In this document: piece after piece, positions 38,040 to 44,383 of the stretch
How positions within the stretch are numbered: the stretch's first letter is position 1
How the letters are laid out: each line of letters begins with the position of its first letter
Source of the DNA: a virus
Lineage: Duplodnaviria; Caudoviricetes
Strand: one strand, 5' to 3'
Length of the DNA stretch: 44,383 nt
Virus record (IMG/VR): IMGVR_UViG_3300033076_000625
Span: 1-44,383 of that record
Program-made: the position numbers and the translations under genes
The notes under the pieces: generated by a model
The model's database searches: none
What the model was told of the DNA's origin: nothing
Seen by the model: only the letters and a program-made list of their open reading frames with translations

Positions 38040-39119
38040 ATGAACCCAACAACACTACAACTAGCAGCAATGAGTACAGTACTTAACACTACAGCTAAGG
38101 ACTTGTACCCAATTGTTGAAACAAAAAACAAATATGACTCGTTCATGAAATTCATGAATAAGCAAACCTCATACGACCGTCAAAAAGTTGATGCAGGTAT
38201 CACTGGACTCTCAATGGCATCATTCGTTTCAGAAGGTGGAATTCCAACTCCTGACGCTCCTATTGCAGGATTCCAAAAAGTTTACACCCAACAACAAATT
38301 CGTAAGGATTCACGTCTAGGGTTCTACACTTTCTACTACATGTTCAAAATTGGTGATAAATCAAAAATCACTGAAGGACTTGGACAAGAACTTAAGAAAG
38401 TTATTGTAAACAACAAAGAAGCTCTTGACCAAACAAAAGACTACTACGCTCAAACTCTTTTGGCTCAAGGATTCACTACTTCATTCGTATTCTCACCATT
38501 GAACGACGTTTACGGTCAGACACGTGTAGTTGATACTACTACTGCTGACGGTGTACAATTCTGGTCAACAGCTCACTTGAGAGAAGACAACGGACCAAAC
38601 TGGTCAACAGTTATCTTCGATGGTGCAACTCCATCACCTGAAGTTTCAATGGCTGCTCTTGAATCAATGCACGTTATTCACGGATTGAAGAAAGACGGAC
38701 GTGGAATGCCTTACTTGTCACAGATTGACACAATCTTCTGTGTAGCTAACACTCCTACTCACCAAACTCTTAAGCGTATTAAGAAAGACTTGGATGCAGG
38801 ACGCTACCCAGCACAACTTCCTGGACAAAATGGTTCATTCAACGAAGCTCCAACTATCTCTTCATTCGAAATCTTGGCATTGCCTCGTTACGGTGGACTC
38901 GCTCTTCCTGCTACTGCATGGGGAGGATTCGACTCAACAAAGGTTTCTGATGAAGAAGGATTCCAATACATCGTTACATTGGAAAACACTATGGTAGACC
39001 TTCCACAACAAGCAAACTACGACTACTTGCTTTCTGCAACTGCGATGTTTGAAATGGGATGTACTAACATTCGTCCATTCATGTACTCAGCTGGTGACAA
39101 CACCACAACCGCTGCTTAG
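38040..39119 (+). CDS. Major capsid protein
   Basis: 359 aa; EGG..P, ADGVQFWSTAH and KKDGRG patterns resemble Mu gpT-like capsids; synteny. Confidence 0.8.
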   Translation: MNPTTLQLAAMSTVLNTTAKDLYPIVETKNKYDSFMKFMNKQTSYDRQKVDAGITGLSMASFVSEGGIPTPDAPIAGFQKVYTQQQIRKDSRLGFYTFYYMFKIGDKSKITEGLGQELKKVIVNNKEALDQTKDYYAQTLLAQGFTTSFVFSPLNDVYGQTRVVDTTTADGVQFWSTAHLREDNGPNWSTVIFDGATPSPEVSMAALESMHVIHGLKKDGRGMPYLSQIDTIFCVANTPTHQTLKRIKKDLDAGRYPAQLPGQNGSFNEAPTISSFEILALPRYGGLALPATAWGGFDSTKVSDEEGFQYIVTLENTMVDLPQQANYDYLLSATAMFEMGCTNIRPFMYSAGDNTTTAA

Positions 39120-39170
39120 TCATCGAATCTTAGATAGCATTAGAAATAGTGCTATCGCTAGAGTCGATGA
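39120..39170 (+). terminator. Long GAAA-capped hairpin after the capsid gene (terminator or mRNA stabiliser)
   Basis: TCATCGA..ATAGCATTA-GAAA-TAGTGCTAT..TCGATGA; no U-tract. Confidence 0.55.
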
Positions 39171-39197
39171 ACTCTATAAAAGCTAATACTACTTACT

Positions 39198-39569
39198 ATG
39201 ATTACGCCATCACATACAGAACCAATCACCATACCAGTTGACATAAGTTCACTTGGTAACAACACCATTGTACCTTATTTCATTCCTACAAATGGAACTG
39301 AAACTTTTTCAACATATATTACTGTTTTGCAATTGTTCCCAGAAGGAGATACTTCTATTACAATCAAGGCCTTTAATTATCTAACAGGAGACGAAAGAAT
39401 CTTGAAAGAAGATGGTGTACGCGCTGCTGGTCAACCATTCGTTATTGATAACACATCACCAGATACTGTTTACTTGTTCAGACTAAATAAAGACGAAGAA
39501 CTAGTTGCAGAATTATCAGCTGCCGTAGCCGTAAAGGGTATGGTAAACGTTAGTTACCGAATCGGATAA
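39198..39569 (+). CDS. Putative virion protein
   Basis: 123 aa beta-rich. Confidence 0.55.
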   Translation: MITPSHTEPITIPVDISSLGNNTIVPYFIPTNGTETFSTYITVLQLFPEGDTSITIKAFNYLTGDERILKEDGVRAAGQPFVIDNTSPDTVYLFRLNKDEELVAELSAAVAVKGMVNVSYRIG

Positions 39570-39573
39570 TCAT

Positions 39574-40182
39574 ATGAATCCACAGCAAGAACAATTTATA
39601 CTAAGTTATGAAGAAAAGCGAGACGCTCTTATTGCTGAGGTTAAGATTGAAAACGACAAGTTAGCAGCTAGTAAAGCTGAAGCAAGAGTCATCGAAGAAA
39701 CAAAGAATCAGATGCTTTCTGATATTTCTACACTAGAAAAGGAAACTGTAAAGATTAAGGAACGTAATAAAGTTCTATCAAAACAAATCAGTGAAGAGGT
39801 TAAGTCTGTTGAGTTACAGTTAGTAGCTAAGCGAGCAGAGCTTGATTTTATAAATACACAAGTCAAACTTCTAGGCGATATAGTTAAACAAGCGAATGTA
39901 GATGCTGTAGAACTTGCCCAAGTTGTTAAAACTAGTAAGGAAACTACTAATGATGTAGTTACCGCTGTATCTTCATCTACTTCTACTATCTCAGGCTTTA
40001 TAGAGAAAATTCAATCTGTCACATCAGGTATTGTAAGAGACGCTACTTCAATAACACTTGAATACAAGCGTGCATTAAAAGAAATAGAATCAGCTACAAA
40101 TGCTTCAGAAGCAAAATCACGTTCAGTCGCGACAAGAGAAGCTGCATTAATAAAGAAGAATTATGTCCCAGGAAACGAATAA
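39574..40182 (+). CDS. Coiled-coil protein
   Basis: Heptad-rich 202 aa. Confidence 0.65.
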   Translation: MNPQQEQFILSYEEKRDALIAEVKIENDKLAASKAEARVIEETKNQMLSDISTLEKETVKIKERNKVLSKQISEEVKSVELQLVAKRAELDFINTQVKLLGDIVKQANVDAVELAQVVKTSKETTNDVVTAVSSSTSTISGFIEKIQSVTSGIVRDATSITLEYKRALKEIESATNASEAKSRSVATREAALIKKNYVPGNE

Positions 40183-41896
40183 ACCAGGAGCTGGAACAGG
40201 AACAGTAACAGGAGCAGATAGTGGAGTTTACTTAAACGGAACAGTTGTACGACTAGGAGGACAGCTACTAGAAAATGTTGAAATAACAAATATTGTTGCC
40301 TCAGGCGCAAATATCGGATATTCACTACGCATATACACTGCTGACTTTGGAGGCTTTGGGGCTTTTATTGGTGTAATCCCAGACCCTTTCGACTCAACAA
40401 ACCCAGTAAATATTGCAGGGTTCCAAACATATGGACCAGATAGTTCATATATGACTCATGGTGCCTCAGGTAACGCTATCATTACTAAAGGTGCTAATAC
40501 TGGTATACCAGATTATTCATCAAGTGTAAGTGGCGCTGATACTGCTGACGGAGACTCTTATTCAAGACAGCAGATATACTCAACAGGTGGTACTGAATAT
40601 CAAAATATAACTCACAACTGGTACCGTAACTCAGAGCGAACACAAGACTACTTCTATGATGCGATTTTAGGTATAGAAACTACCTATGACAGATATCACA
40701 ACAGACTTCAAGATACCTTCAACGGTGTTGATGCACGACAAGTGTTCTATTACCCAGGAGAAAACCTATTTATTCATAAATTAGGAGGAACACGTAACTC
40801 TACAGGGGCTGCACAAAACTTCTACGACAGAGGTTCACAAGGAGCTGCCTGGACACAACGTCAAGAATACCTACTAGGAGATGAAACTACTAATGACATG
40901 GGTGAATACTACCGTTCTCAACGTAGAATTTCTATCTACGATACAAACCCTTATACTGGAGACCCAATGTATACATGGCAGTATGATAGTGGTACAAATA
41001 TAGGTTGGGGTACTTACCAAATAGATACCCTTCAAAATATCGCAAGAACATCTACATGGGATAACGTAATACGTATTGACGTAGGAGTTCTTATAAGTAA
41101 TTCAGAAGGTGAATTTGGACAAACTGACTATATTGAAATAGTTCTTCCAGCGTGTAGTTCGCAATACGATTTTGGACGTGAGTTCACTCTTGATATTCTA
41201 CCTACTACAGACGTAAACAACATAGCTTACCAAAGATATATTGTTATTAAAGCTTCTGACGGGTCAACTATTGGAGGCTTGCCAGAATACTTAGTATCAG
41301 CAAACCAAAAACTATCTATCACTCTAAAAGGTGGTAACAATCCTACACAATATGAAATTATTGAAGGGATGAGTACTACTCGATACGCAGGTAGAATGGT
41401 TACTTTCCTTGAAAACTTCCGTTCACAAAACGGTTTAGGACTACCACTATTAGGAGAAGTTACTGGAAACCAGTTTAACTATGTTCTACCACGTAATTTC
41501 TTCCAGGTTGATGGAGACCGTATATACGGAAAATTCTTCTTTGTGTTTGCAGCAGGAAACGACCCTAAATTGATTGATATGCAATTCGATGGAGGTTCTG
41601 CAAGCCCATCAAAGATAGGTATTTCTACTAACCCTGTAAACGAATTAAATGGATGTGTTGAATTTGAATTTATTCGTGTATCGGATAATAACATGTACTG
41701 CGACGTAGTATTCTCAACCTCAGACTCATCAGCAGTGTTTGATAACATTGCACACACTTCAGGGAATATCTCTGGACCTATGAACTACTCAAAAGCCATC
41801 AGTTTAGCGACTGATACTGCTTCAGGATTAGCAGGAGATATTATTCTAAAGAAAGGTTCATTTATCAATTTTGAACCAGGGATAATTTCGTTATAG
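40163..41896 (+). CDS. Putative tail fibre/receptor-binding protein
   Basis: 577 aa G/T/Y-rich; LP...GREFT..IVIKASDGSTIGG module. Confidence 0.6.
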   Translation: MSQETNKPGAGTGTVTGADSGVYLNGTVVRLGGQLLENVEITNIVASGANIGYSLRIYTADFGGFGAFIGVIPDPFDSTNPVNIAGFQTYGPDSSYMTHGASGNAIITKGANTGIPDYSSSVSGADTADGDSYSRQQIYSTGGTEYQNITHNWYRNSERTQDYFYDAILGIETTYDRYHNRLQDTFNGVDARQVFYYPGENLFIHKLGGTRNSTGAAQNFYDRGSQGAAWTQRQEYLLGDETTNDMGEYYRSQRRISIYDTNPYTGDPMYTWQYDSGTNIGWGTYQIDTLQNIARTSTWDNVIRIDVGVLISNSEGEFGQTDYIEIVLPACSSQYDFGREFTLDILPTTDVNNIAYQRYIVIKASDGSTIGGLPEYLVSANQKLSITLKGGNNPTQYEIIEGMSTTRYAGRMVTFLENFRSQNGLGLPLLGEVTGNQFNYVLPRNFFQVDGDRIYGKFFFVFAAGNDPKLIDMQFDGGSASPSKIGISTNPVNELNGCVEFEFIRVSDNNMYCDVVFSTSDSSAVFDNIAHTSGNISGPMNYSKAISLATDTASGLAGDIILKKGSFINFEPGIISL

Positions 41897-41898
41897 TT

Positions 41899-42363
41899 AT
41901 GGATTACATAGATTACACAGATAAATTACAACTAAGTATCATCCACGGGTGGCACTATATTAAAGAACTCTTTCATATGACCGCATTCAAGGCAATTGCT
42001 GCCACCGCTATAGCTGCTTCTACGTTTGTTTTTGAACCGAATCTTATTAGAGCTGGTCTTGTAGCTTGTCTGTTATTCCCTGTCCTCGATATGATTACAG
42101 GAATAATGGCAGCTCATAAAAGAGGTGAAAAGATTGCCTCACGACCTGCTGGAAAGATACTATCAAAAATAACTACTTACACCATTATGTGTGTAGTAGC
42201 AAAAGAAGCTAACGGTTTCATTACAGACTTTGGATTTGCTCAAAATGCAATCGTAGGACTTATAATGGCTACCGAAGGATACTCAATATACGAAAACTGT
42301 TTAAAGATGGGATACCTTAAAGTAAACAGTGTTAAAAAATTATTAATTAAGCTAGCTAAGTAA
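41899..42363 (+). CDS. Holin (phage holin 4_1-like)
   Basis: Transmembrane segments; LDMITGIMAA, ATEGYSIYENCLKMG. Confidence 0.85.
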   Translation: MDYIDYTDKLQLSIIHGWHYIKELFHMTAFKAIAATAIAASTFVFEPNLIRAGLVACLLFPVLDMITGIMAAHKRGEKIASRPAGKILSKITTYTIMCVVAKEANGFITDFGFAQNAIVGLIMATEGYSIYENCLKMGYLKVNSVKKLLIKLAK

Positions 42364-42364
42364 T

Positions 42365-43666
42365 ATGGCACAAGAAACTAACGCATCACTCCCACTTACA
42401 CCTTCACAAGACGCATTGCTTAACCAGCTTATCAATCTTCCTGACCGACCAGATAACTCTTGGTTTGTTACAAAGGATAATGGTAACTTCATATTAGCTC
42501 AGGTTGTATCTGGCACAGTAACACCAACAAATGGACTAGGTGTAGTTTCTGGAGGTATAGGTATTGGAGGTACATTTTCTCAAGATACAGTAATAGACTG
42601 CAACGGTTTTACTTTTGAGATAATCGGCTCTTCTACACTATCTTTATTATCTCCTGCTCAGGTAAATGTTAGCTCTGACGTTGTATTGATTACAGCAGAT
42701 ACACTTGCATCATTTGGAGCAACAAGTCCTACTGGACAAACTCTAGTAACTACTAAAGGTGTTGTAAACGGGACAGTAAGTAATGGTCAAGTGTTAACAC
42801 TTATAGATGAATTGACTGGTGAAGTTGAATATCAAGACGTTGCGTCTACAAGTAGTGTCGACACTATCAATTACACTCCAACAAATACAACTGGAAACGT
42901 TGCCAACGAAACACGATACTGGGGATTTTCTGGTACAGGCGGTGGTTTTAACGTAGAAGGTCCAATGAAACAGTCATTTCAAAGAGATGTTGTTGTAAGA
43001 GAATTCTTTGTTGAGGTAATAAATGGTGCTGGTCAAGTATTTAGTGGTAGTACAGTAATAACTCTACGTAAGAATGGTGTTGATACTCCGTACTCTGTTA
43101 CTATACCAGGAGGAACAACTAACGTTAGCCAAAGTTTCCTTGTTAGTGTTGACGAAGCATTTTCTTCAACAGATTTACTAAGTTACTCAGTAGTTACCGG
43201 TTCTGGTACAGGTAGTTTTTTTCCTTCTATATATACTAGAGTACAAACCACTTCTACACCTATCCCAGACACTTTTCTCACAAGAACTGTGACTGTTACT
43301 CAATCTCAAGTACAAAACATATTCTCTACACCAGTTGTAATAATACCAGCGGTTGTGGGTAAATCAATTGTACTAAGTGATGTAATGGTTAGTGTATCGG
43401 GAGCAGGATTCTCTTATTCTGGAGGTTTACAATATCAAATATCTTTGAACAACTCAGCTACTCCAACAACAACTACAGCTGCCTCGTCTTCGTTTAATAG
43501 TTCAATAACTACAGCAAACAATATTTTCCAGGCTACAGTTTCTGCAAGTGCTAGACCTCAAAACACTGATATGATTCTAGCTGGAGTATTTTCTGGAGGA
43601 GGTTCTGCCCCAACAATAACAGCTGGTAGTGATATTACAATTAGCGTAATGTATAGACTAATATAG
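42365..43666 (+). CDS. Putative tail fibre/virion protein
   Basis: 433 aa T/S/G/V-rich; N-terminal NGL....IGIGGT resembles the start of ORF 40163. Confidence 0.6.
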   Translation: MAQETNASLPLTPSQDALLNQLINLPDRPDNSWFVTKDNGNFILAQVVSGTVTPTNGLGVVSGGIGIGGTFSQDTVIDCNGFTFEIIGSSTLSLLSPAQVNVSSDVVLITADTLASFGATSPTGQTLVTTKGVVNGTVSNGQVLTLIDELTGEVEYQDVASTSSVDTINYTPTNTTGNVANETRYWGFSGTGGGFNVEGPMKQSFQRDVVVREFFVEVINGAGQVFSGSTVITLRKNGVDTPYSVTIPGGTTNVSQSFLVSVDEAFSSTDLLSYSVVTGSGTGSFFPSIYTRVQTTSTPIPDTFLTRTVTVTQSQVQNIFSTPVVIIPAVVGKSIVLSDVMVSVSGAGFSYSGGLQYQISLNNSATPTTTTAASSSFNSSITTANNIFQATVSASARPQNTDMILAGVFSGGGSAPTITAGSDITISVMYRLI

Positions 43667-43667
43667 T

Positions 43668-44383
43668 ATGAAACCAACACTTCAAGCAATAAATTCAGTA
43701 GGCAACTTGCTTACTTTGAACAATGTTATAGAGAAGACAGCTGTTACTTATCTGAGTAAAAACTCATTAGCTGGTGCTACAACACTACATGTTGAGAATA
43801 CTGAATCATTCACACCAAGTGGAATACTACTCGTTAGTGTAAAAGACTCAGAGAATGCTGAATTCATAGAATACTCAGCTATAACAACTAGCACAATTAC
43901 AATAGACCCTGCTTTACTTGACCACTCAAGAGGAGAAACGGTAAATGTAGTTATATACAATCAGTTTAAGATTCAAAATTCAACAGATGGCATATCATGG
44001 TCAGACTTAATTGAGATAGATATAGACCCAACATCAACAAACACTAAGTATGTTGATACATCTACAACAGGTAACTACTACCGAGCTGCTTACAGAAACT
44101 CTGTAACAGGAGACATATCTGATTATTCAGATGCAATACTATCACGAGTAGCTGCTTCAAACAGTGCTCAAGGGGTAATAAACTCTGTAATGCTTCAGGT
44201 TGGTATATCTCCAGTAGACACCATAATTACTCAAGAGTTCCTATTAGACGCGCTCAACGAGGCTCGTAGGCTGTTTGACGACATAAATACAGGCCACCAA
44301 TGGTCTTATCGTCAGAAATTCAATCAAAAGATTAAGATATTATCTGGTTCAAACTTCTTTAACCTCCCAGACGATGTTGATTT
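43668..44383 (+). CDS. 5' part of a virion structural protein (putative head-tail adaptor/tail tubular protein) that continues into 2..781
   Basis: ATG at 43668 after TAG-T; the frame at the window end reads FDDINTGHQWSYR, in phase with ORF 2..781 through the overlap; joined protein ~460 aa. Confidence 0.7.
   Translation, partial: MKPTLQAINSVGNLLTLNNVIEKTAVTYLSKNSLAGATTLHVENTESFTPSGILLVSVKDSENAEFIEYSAITTSTITIDPALLDHSRGETVNVVIYNQFKIQNSTDGISWSDLIEIDIDPTSTNTKYVDTSTTGNYYRAAYRNSVTGDISDYSDAILSRVAASNSAQGVINSVMLQVGISPVDTIITQEFLLDALNEARRLFDDINTGHQWSYRQKFNQKIKILSGSNFFNLPDDVD
44273..44383. repeat. Terminal direct repeat, right copy
   Basis: Matches 1-111. Confidence 0.95.

Overview
The window appears to be a complete, circularly permuted ~44.3 kb AT-rich dsDNA phage genome with podovirus-like gene content; a 111-bp overlap joins the ends and splits one structural gene. 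The modules are packaging and virion genes (TerS, TerL, portal, scaffold, capsid, fibres, holin, ejection proteins, two muralytic enzymes), a minus-strand replication/recombination arm (DnaB, exonuclease, SSB-like, NinG-like, metallophosphoesterase, two YopX), a putative origin plus initiator, an RNA-repair pair (RNA ligase and PseT-like Pnkp), seven tRNAs including Ile(TAT), and an early cassette with an Ocr-like DNA mimic. Shine-Dalgarno-less starts with canonical TTGACA/TATAAT promoters suggest a Patescibacteria (CPR) host, which is an inference. The most notable signal is an RNA module: an HNH gene clamped inside tRNA acceptor/T arms directly upstream of the RNA ligase, a ~790-nt array of abutting long-stem RNA domains with an embedded tRNA mimic, and a tRNA-Leu-like scaffold with a 76-nt T-loop insertion. 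Separately, none of the >60 credible genes I checked ends in TGA, while one YopX gene has an in-frame TGA, hinting that TGA is not a stop in the host. All family calls are by-eye motif recognition, not database searches.
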